Positions 30,001-43,640 are shown, numbered from the stretch's first letter. The stretch is 64,000 bases of DNA from Schmidtea nova (GCA_044892505.1 CM097882.1:440262001-440326000); one strand, 5' to 3'. Numbers and translations: made by a program. Notes: a model not told the origin generated them from the letters alone.

Positions 30001-33000
30001 AGTCTTTAAAAAGTGGATCAAAAGTGAAAATCGACAAGTCTGTTTGTGAACAATTAAAAGCTTTAGGTAAAAAGAGTGAAAAGAGATTAGTTAATTCCGA
30101 TGAGGATAGCAACAAACTGCTCGAAGCAATTAGATGTTTATTTGATGAGGAAGAAGGCGAAAAAGAAAAGTTACTGAACCGGAAAGATATTGACAATTTA
30201 CTGTGTGGAATAAAAGTCGCAAAAGATGCATTGAAAAATGAAATAAGTGAAGCGAAACTGATAGAGTTAGAAGAGATATTATTGAAGGAAGTCTCTGATG
30301 GAAAAGATCTCATTAGACTAGAAGCGACAGTCAATGAACCTCTCATTGGTATTCTATGTGAAGCTGTCCAAATTCAATCGAGCATTCCGGATATTGCGGA
30401 ACGTATAAGAAAATCTCGACAAGACAAAATTGAAAACAGTCGACGACCAATTGAAACAATCTTGAAAGAATTAGTGGAAACGTCAAAGAGCGATCAAATA
30501 AAATTGAAAGGCCAAGATTTATCAAAATTGTCAAAAGCTATTGATACAATTGAAAGTAGGATTAACGAAACTCCAGACGCTGAAAGATCCAAGGAGTGGA
30601 AAGCAAATAAATCTTTACTGGAATCTATTCTCCCTAAAGTACAAGAAGTCGTTGATTGCAAATCAAAAGAATTAGATCTGAACAAAGACGAAGCACAAAG
30701 ACTAAGCAAATTGTGCAAAGATGTTGCAGAATCCCATCTTCCAGATTCGACAGTAATTAGAAATGCAGACATAGTAGATGACATCGTTGATGAAGTAACT
30801 GAGGAACGTAAAGTTGGGCTTGAAAATGGACAAAAGTTGTTATTTGATGCATTGGATAAGGGTGAGTTAGACAATCTCAAAGGCAAAGAACTAGTTGAAA
30901 GTTTAGAAATAATGAAAGCATTGATTCCGAAATCCAAAGCGGGAGAGAAAGAACGGAAATTTCTAGACGACGTAATAGACGATTTGAAAAAGTCTTTAAA
31001 AAGTGGATCAAAAGTGAAAATCGACAAGTCTGTTTGTGAACAATTAAAAGCTTTAGGTAAAAAGAGTGAAAAGAGATTAGTTAATTCCGATGAGGATAGC
31101 AACAAACTGCTCGAAGCAATTAGATGTTTATTTGATGAGGAAGAAGGCGAAAAAGAAAAGTTACTGAACCGGAAAGATATTGACAATTTACTGTGTGGAA
31201 TAAAAGTCGCAAAAGATGCATTGAAAAATGAAATAAGTGAAGCGAAACTGATAGAGTTAGAAGAGATATTATTGAAGGAAGTCTCTGATGGAAAAGATCT
31301 CATTAGACTAGAAGCGACAGTCAATGAACCTCTCATTGGTATTCTATGTGAAGCTGTCCAAATTCAATCGAGCATTCCGGATATTGCGGAACGTATAAGA
31401 AAATCTCGACAAGACGAAATTGAAAACAGTCGACGACCAATTGAAACAATCTTGAAAGAATTAGTGGAAACGTCAAAGAGCGATCAAATAAAATTGAAAG
31501 GCCAAGATTTATCAAAATTGTCAAAAGCTATTGATACAATTGAAAGTAGGATTAACGAAACTCCAGACGCTGAAAGATCCAAGGAGTGGAAAGCAAATAA
31601 ATCTTTACTGGAATCTATTCTCCCTAAAGTACAAGAAGTCGTTGATTGCAAATCAAAAGAATTAGATCTGAACAAAGACGAAGCACAAAGACTAAGCAAA
31701 TTGTGCAAAGATGTTGCAGAATCCCATCTTCCAGATTCGACAGTAATTAGAAATGCAGACATAGTAGATGACATCGTTGATGAAGTAACTGAGGAACGTA
31801 AAGTTGGGCTTGAAAATGGACAAAAGTTGTTATTTGATGCATTGGATAAGGGTGAGTTAGACAATCTCAAAGGCAAAGAACTAGTTGAAAGTTTAGAAAT
31901 AATGAAAGCATTGATTCCGAAATCCAAAGCGGGAGAGAAAGAACGGAAATTTCTAGACGACGTAATAGACGATTTGAAAAAGTCTTTAAAAAGTGGATCA
32001 AAAGTGAAAATCGACAAGTCTGTTTGTGAACAATTAAAAGCTTTAGGTAAAAAGAGTGAAAAGAGATTAGTTAATTCCGATGAGGATAGCAACAAACTGC
32101 TCGAAGCAATTAGATGTTTATTTGATGAGGAAGAAGGCGAAAAAGAAAAGTTACTGAACCGGAAAGATATTGACAATTTACTGTGTGGAATAAAAGTCGC
32201 AAAAGATGCATTGAAAAATGAAATAAGTGAAGCGAAACTGATAGAGTTAGAAGAGATATTATTGAAGGAAGTCTCTGATGGAAAAGATCTCATTAGACTA
32301 GAAGCGACAGTCAATGAACCTCTCATTGGTATTCTATGTGAAGCTGTCCAAATTCAATCGAGCATTCCGGATATTGCGGAACGTATAAGAAAATCTCGAC
32401 AAGACGAAATTGAAAACAGTCGACGACCAATTGAAACAATCTTGAAAGAATTAGTGGAAACGTCAAAGAGCGATCAAATAAAATTGAAAGGCCAAGATTT
32501 ATCAAAATTGTCAAAAGCTATTGATACAATTGAAAGTAGGATTAACGAAACTCCAGACGCTGAAAGATCCAAGGAGTGGAAAGCAAATAAATCTTTACTG
32601 GAATCTATTCTCCCTAAAGTACAAGAAGTCGTTGATTGCAAATCAAAAGAATTAGATCTGAACAAAGACGAAGCACAAAGACTAAGCAAATTGTGCAAAG
32701 ATGTTGCAGAATCCCATCTTCCAGATTCGACAGTAATTAGAAATGCAGACATAGTAGATGACATCGTTGATGAAGTAACTGAGGAACGTAAAGTTGGGCT
32801 TGAAAATGGACAAAAGTTGTTATTTGATGCATTGGATAAGGGTGAGTTAGACAATCTCAAAGGCAAAGAACTAGTTGAAAGTTTAGAAATAATGAAAGCA
32901 TTGATTCCGAAATCCAAAGCGGGAGAGAAAGAACGGAAATTTCTAGACGACGTAATAGACGATTTGAAAAAGTCTTTAAAAAGTGGATCAAAAGTGAAAA

Positions 33001-36000
33001 TCGACAAGTCTGTTTGTGAACAATTAAAAGCTTTAGGTAAAAAGAGTGAAAAGAGATTAGTTAATTCCGATGAGGATAGCAACAAACTGCTCGAAGCAAT
33101 TAGATGTTTATTTGATGAGGAAGAAGGCGAAAAAGAAAAGTTACTGAACCGGAAAGATATTGACAATTTACTGTGTGGAATAAAAGTCGCAAAAGATGCA
33201 TTGAAAAATGAAATAAGTGAAGCGAAACTGATAGAGTTAGAAGAGATATTATTGAAGGAAGTCTCTGATGGAAAAGATCTCATTAGACTAGAAGCGACAG
33301 TCAATGAACCTCTCATTGGTATTCTATGTGAAGCTGTCCAAATTCAATCGAGCATTCCGGATATTGCGGAACGTATAAGAAAATCTCGACAAGACAAAAT
33401 TGAAAACAGTCGACGACCAATTGAAACAATCTTGAAAGAATTAGTGGAAACGTCAAAGAGCGATCAAATAAAATTGAAAGGCCAAGATTTATCAAAATTG
33501 TCAAAAGCTATTGATACAATTGAAAGTAGGATTAACGAAACTCCAGACGCTGAAAGATCCAAGGAGTGGAAAGCAAATAAATCTTTACTGGAATCTATTC
33601 TCCCTAAAGTACAAGAAGTCGTTGATTGCAAATCAAAAGAATTAGATCTGAACAAAGACGAAGCACAAAGACTAAGCAAATTGTGCAAAGATGTTGCAGA
33701 ATCCCATCTTCCAGATTCGACAGTAATTAGAAATGCAGACATAGTAGATGACATCGTTGATGAAGTAACTGAGGAACGTAAAGTTGGGCTTGAAAATGGA
33801 CAAAAGTTGTTATTTGATGCATTGGATAAGGGTGAGTTAGACAATCTCAAAGGCAAAGAACTAGTTGAAAGTTTAGAAATAATGAAAGCATTGATTCCGA
33901 AATCCAAAGCGGGAGAGAAAGAACGGAAATTTCTAGACGACGTAATAGACGATTTGAAAAAGTCTTTAAAAAGTGGATCAAAAGTGAAAATCGACAAGTC
34001 TGTTTGTGAACAATTAAAAGCTTTAGGTAAAAAGAGTGAAAAGAGATTAGTTAATTCCGATGAGGATAGCAACAAACTGCTCGAAGCAATTAGATGTTTA
34101 TTTGATGAGGAAGAAGGCGAAAAAGAAAAGTTACTGAACCGGAAAGATATTGACAATTTACTGTGTGGAATAAAAGTCGCAAAAGATGCATTGAAAAATG
34201 AAATAAGTGAAGCGAAACTGATAGAGTTAGAAGAGATATTATTGAAGGAAGTCTCTGATGGAAAAGATCTCATTAGACTAGAAGCGACAGTCAATGAACC
34301 TCTCATTGGTATTCTATGTGAAGCTGTCCAAATTCAATCGAGCATTCCGGATATTGCGGAACGTATAAGAAAATCTCGACAAGACGAAATTGAAAACAGT
34401 CGACGACCAATTGAAACAATCTTGAAAGAATTAGTGGAAACGTCAAAGAGCGATCAAATAAAATTGAAAGGCCAAGATTTATCAAAATTGTCAAAAGCTA
34501 TTGATACAATTGAAAGTAGGATTAACGAAACTCCAGACGCTGAAAGATCCAAGGAGTGGAAAGCAAATAAATCTTTACTGGAATCTATTCTCCCTAAAGT
34601 ACAAGAAGTCGTTGATTGCAAATCAAAAGAATTAGATCTGAACAAAGACGAAGCACAAAGACTAAGCAAATTGTGCAAAGATGTTGCAGAATCCCATCTT
34701 CCAGATTCGACAGTAATTAGAAATGCAGACATAGTAGATGACATCGTTGATGAAGTAACTGAGGAACGTAAAGTTGGGCTTGAAAATGGACAAAAGTTGT
34801 TATTTGATGCATTGGATAAGGGTGAGTTAGACAATCTCAAAGGCAAAGAACTAGTTGAAAGTTTAGAAATAATGAAAGCATTGATTCCGAAATCCAAAGC
34901 GGGAGAGAAAGAACGGAAATTTCTAGACGACGTAATAGACGATTTGAAAAAGTCTTTAAAAAGTGGATCAAAAGTGAAAATCGACAAGTCTGTTTGTGAA
35001 CAATTAAAAGCTTTAGGTAAAAAGAGTGAAAAGAGATTAGTTAATTCCGATGAGGATAGCAACAAACTGCTCGAAGCAATTAGATGTTTATTTGATGAGG
35101 AAGAAGGCGAAAAAGAAAAGTTACTGAACCGGAAAGATATTGACAATTTACTGTGTGGAATAAAAGTCGCAAAAGATGCATTGAAAAATGAAATAAGTGA
35201 AGCGAAACTGATAGAGTTAGAAGAGATATTATTGAAGGAAGTCTCTGATGGAAAAGATCTCATTAGACTAGAAGCGACAGTCAATGAACCTCTCATTGGT
35301 ATTCTATGTGAAGCTGTCCAAATTCAATCGAGCATTCCGGATATTGCGGAACGTATAAGAAAATCTCGACAAGACGAAATTGAAAACAGTCGACGACCAA
35401 TTGAAACAATCTTGAAAGAATTAGTGGAAACGTCAAAGAGCGATCAAATAAAATTGAAAGGCCAAGATTTATCAAAATTGTCAAAAGCTATTGATACAAT
35501 TGAAAGTAGGATTAACGAAACTCCAGACGCTGAAAGATCCAAGGAGTGGAAAGCAAATAAATCTTTACTGGAATCTATTCTCCCTAAAGTACAAGAAGTC
35601 GTTGATTGCAAATCAAAAGAATTAGATCTGAACAAAGACGAAGCACAAAGACTAAGCAAATTGTGCAAAGATGTTGCAGAATCCCATCTTCCAGATTCGA
35701 CAGTAATTAGAAATGCAGACATAGTAGATGACATCGTTGATGAAGTAACTGAGGAACGTAAAGTTGGGCTTGAAAATGGACAAAAGTTGTTATTTGATGC
35801 ATTGGATAAGGGTGAGTTAGACAATCTCAAAGGCAAAGAACTAGTTGAAAGTTTAGAAATAATGAAAGCATTGATTCCGAAATCCAAAGCGGGAGAGAAA
35901 GAACGGAAATTTCTAGACGACGTAATAGACGATTTGAAAAAGTCTTTAAAAAGTGGATCAAAAGTGAAAATCGACAAGTCTGTTTGTGAACAATTAAAAG

Positions 36001-39000
36001 CTTTAGGTAAAAAGAGTGAAAAGAGATTAGTTAATTCCGATGAGGATAGCAACAAACTGCTCGAAGCAATTAGATGTTTATTTGATGAGGAAGAAGGCGA
36101 AAAAGAAAAGTTACTGAACCGGAAAGATATTGACAATTTACTGTGTGGAATAAAAGTCGCAAAAGATGCATTGAAAAATGAAATAAGTGAAGCGAAACTG
36201 ATAGAGTTAGAAGAGATATTATTGAAGGAAGTCTCTGATGGAAAAGATCTCATTAGACTAGAAGCAACAGTCAATGAACCTCTCATTGGTATTCTATGTG
36301 AAGCTGTCCAAATTCAATCGAGCATTCCGGATATTGCGGAACGTATAAGAAAATCTCGACAAGACGAAATTGAAAACAGTCGACGACCAATTGAAACAAT
36401 CTTGAAAGAATTAGTGGAAACGTCAAAGAGCGATCAAATAAAATTGAAAGGCCAAGATTTATCAAAATTGTCAAAAGCTATTGATACAATTGAAAGTAGG
36501 ATTAACGAAACTCCAGACGCTGAAAGATCCAAGGAGTGGAAAGCAAATAAATCTTTACTGGAATCTATTCTCCCTAAAGTACAAGAAGTCGTTGATTGCA
36601 AATCAAAAGAATTAGATCTGAACAAAGACGAAGCACAAAGACTAAGCAAATTGTGCAAAGATGTTGCAGAATCCCATCTTCCAGATTCGACAGTAATTAG
36701 AAATGCAGACATAGTAGATGACATCGTTGATGAAGTAACTGAGGAACGTAAAGTTGGGCTTGAAAATGGACAAAAGTTGTTATTTGATGCATTGGATAAG
36801 GGTGAGTTAGACAATCTCAAAGGCAAAGAACTAGTTGAAAGTTTAGAAATAATGAAAGCATTGATTCCGAAATCCAAAGCGGGAGAGAAAGAACGGAAAT
36901 TTCTAGACGACGTAATAGACGATTTGAAAAAGTCTTTAAAAAGTGGATCAAAAGTGAAAATCGACAAGTCTGTTTGTGAACAATTAAAAGCTTTAGGTAA
37001 AAAGAGTGAAAAGAGATTAGTTAATTCCGATGAGGATAGCAACAAACTGCTCGAAGCAATTAGATGTTTATTTGATGAGGAAGAAGGCGAAAAAGAAAAG
37101 TTACTGAACCGGAAAGATATTGACAATTTACTGTGTGGAATAAAAGTCGCAAAAGATGCATTGAAAAATGAAATAAGTGAAGCGAAACTGATAGAGTTAG
37201 AAGAGATATTATTGAAGGAAGTCTCTGATGGAAAAGATCTCATTAGACTAGAAGCGACAGTCAATGAACCTCTCATTGGTATTCTATGTGAAGCTGTCCA
37301 AATTCAATCGAGCATTCCGGATATTGCGGAACGTATAAGAAAATCTCGACAAGACGAAATTGAAAACAGTCGACGACCAATTGAAACAATCTTGAAAGAA
37401 TTAGTGGAAACGTCAAAGAGCGATCAAATAAAATTGAAAGGCCAAGATTTATCAAAATTGTCAAAAGCTATTGATACAATTGAAAGTAGGATTAACGAAA
37501 CTCCAGACGCTGAAAGATCCAAGGAGTGGAAAGCAAATAAATCTTTACTGGAATCTATTCTCCCTAAAGTACAAGAAGTCGTTGATTGCAAATCAAAAGA
37601 ATTAGATCTGAACAAAGACGAAGCACAAAGACTAAGCAAATTGTGCAAAGATGTTGCAGAATCCCATCTTCCAGATTCGACAGTAATTAGAAATGCAGAC
37701 ATAGTAGATGACATCGTTGATGAAGTAACTGAGGAACGTAAAGTTGGGCTTGAAAATGGACAAAAGTTGTTATTTGATGCATTGGATAAGGGTGAGTTAG
37801 ACAATCTCAAAGGCAAAGAACTAGTTGAAAGTTTAGAAATAATGAAAGCATTGATTCCGAAATCCAAAGCGGGAGAGAAAGAACGGAAATTTCTAGACGA
37901 CGTAATAGACGATTTGAAAAAGTCTTTAAAAAGTGGATCAAAAGTGAAAATCGACAAGTCTGTTTGTGAACAATTAAAAGCTTTAGGTAAAAAGAGTGAA
38001 AAGAGATTAGTTAATTCCGATGAGGATAGCAACAAACTGCTCGAAGCAATTAGATGTTTATTTGATGAGGAAGAAGGCGAAAAAGAAAAGTTACTGAACC
38101 GGAAAGATATTGACAATTTACTGTGTGGAATAAAAGTCGCAAAAGATGCATTGAAAAATGAAATAAGTGAAGCGAAACTGATAGAGTTAGAAGAGATATT
38201 ATTGAAGGAAGTCTCTGATGGAAAAGATCTCATTAGACTAGAAGCGACAGTCAATGAACCTCTCATTGGTATTCTATGTGAAGCTGTCCAAATTCAATCG
38301 AGCATTCCGGATATTGCGGAACGTATAAGAAAATCTCGACAAGACGAAATTGAAAACAGTCGACGACCAATTGAAACAATCTTGAAAGAATTAGTGGAAA
38401 CGTCAAAGAGCGATCAAATAAAATTGAAAGGCCAAGATTTATCAAAATTGTCAAAAGCTATTGATACAATTGAAAGTAGGATTAACGAAACTCCAGACGC
38501 TGAAAGATCCAAGGAGTGGAAAGCAAATAAATCTTTACTGGAATCTATTCTCCCTAAAGTACAAGAAGTCGTTGATTGCAAATCAAAAGAATTAGATCTG
38601 AACAAAGACGAAGCACAAAGACTAAGCAAATTGTGCAAAGATGTTGCAGAATCCCATCTTCCAGATTCGACAGTAATTAGAAATGCAGACATAGTAGATG
38701 ACATCGTTGATGAAGTAACTGAGGAACGTAAAGTTGGGCTTGAAAATGGACAAAAGTTGTTATTTGATGCATTGGATAAGGGTGAGTTAGACAATCTCAA
38801 AGGCAAAGAACTAGTTGAAAGTTTAGAAATAATGAAAGCATTGATTCCGAAATCCAAAGCGGGAGAGAAAGAACGGAAATTTCTAGACGACGTAATAGAC
38901 GATTTGAAAAAGTCTTTAAAAAGTGGATCAAAAGTGAAAATCGACAAGTCTGTTTGTGAACAATTAAAAGCTTTAGGTAAAAAGAGTGAAAAGAGATTAG

Positions 39001-42000
39001 TTAATTCCGATGAGGATAGCAACAAACTGCTCGAAGCAATTAGATGTTTATTTGATGAGGAAGAAGGCGAAAAAGAAAAGTTTCTGAACCGGAAAGATAT
39101 TGACAATTTACTGTGTGGAATAAAAGTCGCAAAAGATGCATTGAAAAATGAAATAAGTGAAGCGAAACTGATAGAGTTAGAAGAGATATTATTGAAGGAA
39201 GTCTCTGATGGAAAAGATCTCATTAGACTAGAAGCGACAGTCAATGAACCTCTCATTGGTATTCTATGTGAAGCTGTCCAAATTCAATCGAGCATTCCGG
39301 ATATTGCGGAACGTATAAGAAAATCTCGACAAGACAAAATTGAAAACAGTCGACGACCAATTGAAACAATCTTGAAAGAATTAGTGGAAACGTCAAAGAG
39401 CGATCAAATAAAATTGAAAGGCCAAGATTTATCAAAATTGTCAAAAGCTATTGATACAATTGAAAGTAGGATTAACGAAACTCCAGACGCTGAAAGATCC
39501 AAGGAGTGGAAAGCAAATAAATCTTTACTGGAATCTATTCTCCCTAAAGTACAAGAAGTCGTTGATTGCAAATCAAAAGAATTAGATCTGAACAAAGACG
39601 AAGCACAAAGACTAAGCAAATTGTGCAAAGATGTTGCAGAATCCCATCTTCCAGATTCGACAGTAATTAGAAATGCAGACATAGTAGATGACATCGTTGA
39701 TGAAGTAACTGAGGAACGTAAAGTTGGGCTTGAAAATGGACAAAAGTTGTTATTTGATGCATTGGATAAGGGTGAGTTAGACAATCTCAAAGGCAAAGAA
39801 CTAGTTGAAAGTTTAGAAATAATGAAAGCATTGATTCCGAAATCCAAAGCGGGAGAGAAAGAACGGAAATTTCTAGACGACGTAATAGACGATTTGAAAA
39901 AGTCTTTAAAAAGTGGATCAAAAGTGAAAATCGACAAGTCTGTTTGTGAACAATTAAAAGCTTTAGGTAAAAAGAGTGAAAAGAGATTAGTTAATTCCGA
40001 TGAGGATAGCAACAAACTGCTCGAAGCAATTAGATGTTTATTTGATGAGGAAGAAGGCGAAAAAGAAAAGTTACTGAACCGGAAAGATATTGACAATTTA
40101 CTGTGTGGAATAAAAGTCGCAAAAGATGCATTGAAAAATGAAATAAGTGAAGCGAAACTGATAGAGTTAGAAGAGATATTATTGAAGGAAGTCTCTGATG
40201 GAAAAGATCTCATTAGACTAGAAGCGACAGTCAATGAACCTCTCATTGGTATTCTATGTGAAGCTGTCCAAATTCAATCGAGCATTCCGGATATTGCGGA
40301 ACGTATAAGAAAATCTCGACAAGACGAAATTGAAAACAGTCGACGACCAATTGAAACAATCTTGAAAGAATTAGTGGAAACGTCAAAGAGCGATCAAATA
40401 AAATTGAAAGGCCAAGATTTATCAAAATTGTCAAAAGCTATTGATACAATTGAAAGTAGGATTAACGAAACTCCAGACGCTGAAAGATCCAAGGAGTGGA
40501 AAGCAAATAAATCTTTACTGGAATCTATTCTCCCTAAAGTACAAGAAGTCGTTGATTGCAAATCAAAAGAATTAGATCTGAACAAAGACGAAGCACAAAG
40601 ACTAAGCAAATTGTGCAAAGATGTTGCAGAATCCCATCTTCCAGATTCGACAGTAATTAGAAATGCAGACATAGTAGATGACATCGTTGATGAAGTAACT
40701 GAGGAACGTAAAGTTGGGCTTGAAAATGGACAAAAGTTGTTATTTGATGCATTGGATAAGGGTGAGTTAGACAATCTCAAAGGCAAAGAACTAGTTGAAA
40801 GTTTAGAAATAATGAAAGCATTGATTCCGAAATCCAAAGCGGGAGAGAAAGAACGGAAATTTCTAGACGACGTAATAGACGATTTGAAAAAGTCTTTAAA
40901 AAGTGGATCAAAAGTGAAAATCGACAAGTCTGTTTGTGAACAATTAAAAGCTTTAGGTAAAAAGAGTGAAAAGAGATTAGTTAATTCCGATGAGGATAGC
41001 AACAAACTGCTCGAAGCAATTAGATGTTTATTTGATGAGGAAGAAGGCGAAAAAGAAAAGTTACTGAACCGGAAAGATATTGACAATTTACTGTGTGGAA
41101 TAAAAGTCGCAAAAGATGCATTGAAAAATGAAATAAGTGAAGCGAAACTGATAGAGTTAGAAGAGATATTATTGAAGGAAGTCTCTGATGGAAAAGATCT
41201 CATTAGACTAGAAGCGACAGTCAATGAACCTCTCATTGGTATTCTATGTGAAGCTGTCCAAATTCAATCGAGCATTCCGGATATTGCGGAACGTATAAGA
41301 AAATCTCGACAAGACAAAATTGAAAACAGTCGACGACCAATTGAAACAATCTTGAAAGAATTAGTGGAAACGTCAAAGAGCGATCAAATAAAATTGAAAG
41401 GCCAAGATTTATCAAAATTGTCAAAAGCTATTGATACAATTGAAAGTAGGATTAACGAAACTCCAGACGCTGAAAGATCCAAGGAGTGGAAAGCAAATAA
41501 ATCTTTACTGGAATCTATTCTCCCTAAAGTACAAGAAGTCGTTGATTGCAAATCAAAAGAATTAGATCTGAACAAAGACGAAGCACAAAGACTAAGCAAA
41601 TTGTGCAAAGATGTTGCAGAATCCCATCTTCCAGATTCGACAGTAATTAGAAATGCAGACATAGTAGATGACATCGTTGATGAAGTAACTGAGGAACGTA
41701 AAGTTGGGCTTGAAAATGGACAAAAGTTGTTATTTGATGCATTGGATAAGGGTGAGTTAGACAATCTCAAAGGCAAAGAACTAGTTGAAAGTTTAGAAAT
41801 AATGAAAGCATTGATTCCGAAATCCAAAGCGGGAGAGAAAGAACGGAAATTTCTAGACGACGTAATAGACGATTTGAAAAAGTCTTTAAAAAGTGGATCA
41901 AAAGTGAAAATCGACAAGTCTGTTTGTGAACAATTAAAAGCTTTAGGTAAAAAGAGTGAAAAGAGATTAGTTAATTCCGATGAGGATAGCAACAAACTGC

Positions 42001-42531
42001 TCGAAGCAATTAGATGTTTATTTGATGAGGAAGAAGGCGAAAAAGAAAAGTTACTGAACCGGAAAGATATTGACAATTTACTGTGTGGAATAAAAGTCGC
42101 AAAAGATGAATTGAAAAATGAAATAAGTGAAGCGAAACTGATAGAGTTAGAAGAGATATTATTGAAGGAAGTCTCTGATGGAAAAGATCTCATTAGACTA
42201 GAAGCGACAGTCAATGAACCTCTCATTGGTATTCTATGTGAAGCTGTCCAAATTCAATCGAGCATTCCGGATATTGCGGAACGTATAAGAAAATCTCGAC
42301 AAGACGAAATTGAAAACAGTCGACGACCAATTGAAACAATCTTGAAAGAATTAGTGGAAACGTCAAAGAGCGATCAAATAAAATTGAAAGGCCAAGATTT
42401 ATCAAAATTGTCAAAAGCTATTGATACAATTGAAAGTAGGATTAACGAAACTCCAGACGCTGAAAGATCCAAGGAGTGGAAAGCAAATAAATCTTTACTG
42501 GAATCTATTCTCCCTAAAGTACAAGAAGTCG
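1..42531 (+). repeat. 990-bp tandem repeat, about 43 copies (42 full plus 951 bp), near-identical, in frame (330 codons)
   Basis: The unit start aagcacaaagactaagc recurs at 1+990n up to 41,581. The only differences I found are at unit offsets 172, 473, 529, 626, 689, 726, 790-791 and 866. Confidence 0.99.
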
Positions 42532-42690
42532 GTAATTCTAATATAAAAGAATTAATTTTAAAGAAAGATATTGCTCAAAGTATATCCAATTTGATTTATG
42601 ATAGTTCTTCAATCGCAAAAAACGACATGTTAGATTCAAACTCGGAGTTATGTTATCCGTCGGAAGAAGTTATTGTTCCTCATCATACAA
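3..42690 (+). CDS. 5'-partial giant coding exon (>14,229 codons) of an unrecognised helical tandem-repeat protein (330-aa repeats)
   Basis: No stop from position 3 (gca caa aga cta agc aaa ttg = AQRLSKL) to beyond 42,690. The frame is open at the window edge, so the TTG at 21 is not a real start. The exon ends at CATACAA|GTATTT, and splicing there restores a long downstream frame. Confidence 0.85.
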
Positions 42691-42727
42691 GTATTTTATT
42701 TTATTGTTTTTCTTTATTTTTGTATAG
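42691..42727 (+). other. 37-nt GT-AG intron (phase 1)
   Basis: GTATTT...TTGTATAG, very T-rich. Removing it gives the open frame HHT-IPTHAFDPK. Confidence 0.75.
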
Positions 42728-42826
42728 TTCCTACCCACGCTTTTGATCCAAAATTCTTCAATCAGAGTTCTTCAGTTGATATTTCTGATATTTCTCCTGA
42801 TAAATATGATTTTGTGAACCCAATTA
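42728..42826 (+). CDS. Exon of the giant protein gene (IPTHAFDPKFFNQSSSVDISDISPDKYDFVNPI)
   Basis: Open in the phase inherited from the giant exon; bounded by TAG acceptor and GTTAGT donor; 99 nt. Confidence 0.75.
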
Positions 42827-42866
42827 GTTAGTTTTATAATTTTTCTCTTCTATTATCTCAATTTAG
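42827..42866 (+). other. 40-nt GT-AG intron (phase 1)
   Basis: GTTAGT...ATTTAG; carries an in-frame TAG that splicing removes. Confidence 0.75.
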
Positions 42867-42914
42867 CTAGCCATAAAAATGCCTTCTCAGCAATTTCTCC
42901 TCCATGTTCGACAA
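42867..42914 (+). CDS. 48-nt exon of the giant protein gene (TSHKNAFSAISPPCST)
   Basis: Open, phase 1 at both ends, between TTTAG and GTATAT. Confidence 0.7.
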
Positions 42915-42953
42915 GTATATTTTTTAGTATAGTTTATCTAAATATCAATCTAG
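42915..42953 (+). other. 39-nt GT-AG intron (phase 1)
   Basis: GTATAT...AATCTAG; removing it lands exactly in the frame of ORF 42959-43705. Confidence 0.75.
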
Positions 42954-43599
42954 ATGATGTGATCTCTCATTCTGACGATCTGGCTGATGATATTTCCTTC
43001 TCATTTCAATCGCAATGTGAACCATCATTTCCTGACGCCGATAAAAGTTCTGAAATTGGTTATTATGCTGATTCTAACGTTTTTTCTAATTTTACTTCTT
43101 CTGATCTTCCTTTATTTCAACCTTCAAATTATCAGTATTTGGATGAAGAGTCTAATTTAAATTTGGATTCAATGAAGCCGTCGAATTGGATGCATATATT
43201 TGAAATGGAATTGAAATATTTGGAAGGTCAAACTGACGCTTTCTCGTCAGCAGTTGATAAAAAGCAAGATCTTTTTGAAATTGGGTGTGATCATTTTATT
43301 GATGATGACTCCCTTCAACATGTTACGGAAAGAGCTAGTTTGAGGCTTAACACTCTTGAGAGTCATTGCAGTAATTTTGTCTCTAGTCGTAGATCTTCTT
43401 TCGCAACAAGCTCCCCGTTAAGAATCAATTCTCCTATTCCAGATTCTGATACTCCATCACAACTTTTTCATCTTCTTGAGTTATTAAAAAAGCAAAATGA
43501 AGTTATTTTAAGTTCAGCATCTCTTTCTCGTGATGATATTGATAGGCAGTTACACGAACATCGCCGTCGCATTTTAGATGTCAGAAATCGGCTTACTAA
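42954..43599 (+). CDS. Exon encoding a Ser/Asp-rich region and a coiled-coil-like segment (...QLFHLLELLKKQNE...HRRRILDVRNRLTK)
   Basis: Matches ORF 42959..43705 up to the point where its translation turns into intron-like F/I/N text. Confidence 0.8.
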
Positions 43600-43640
43600 G
43601 TTTTTTATTAATTCATTTATATTTAATTATTTGCATTTAG
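43600..43640 (+). other. 41-nt GT-AG intron (phase 2)
   Basis: GTTTTT...GCATTTAG. The donor is weak, but length and AT richness match the neighbouring introns and the frame continues. Confidence 0.6.

Noticed and set aside
643-42414. Recurrent minus-strand ORFs of 280 aa and 63 aa in every repeat unit
   Set aside because: These are antisense shadows of the A-rich sense frame: Ser/Phe/Leu-rich, no recognisable motif, and repeated only because the DNA is repeated.
1-42531. Array as a CRISPR array, non-coding satellite or rDNA
   Set aside because: There are no spacers, the unit length is a multiple of 3 with a fully open frame, the frame splices into unique exons, and there are no rRNA motifs.
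42532-42537. GTAATT as the donor ending the giant exon
   Set aside because: The sequence after it still encodes a recognisable diverged repeat and stays in frame to the 42,691 donor. It cannot be excluded as an alternative site.
42691-42746. Hydrophobic tail SILFYCFSLFLYSSYPRF-stop as a membrane anchor
   Set aside because: It is mostly the translation of a T-rich 37-nt GT-AG intron; splicing gives a much longer consistent frame. It would matter only if intron retention were shown.
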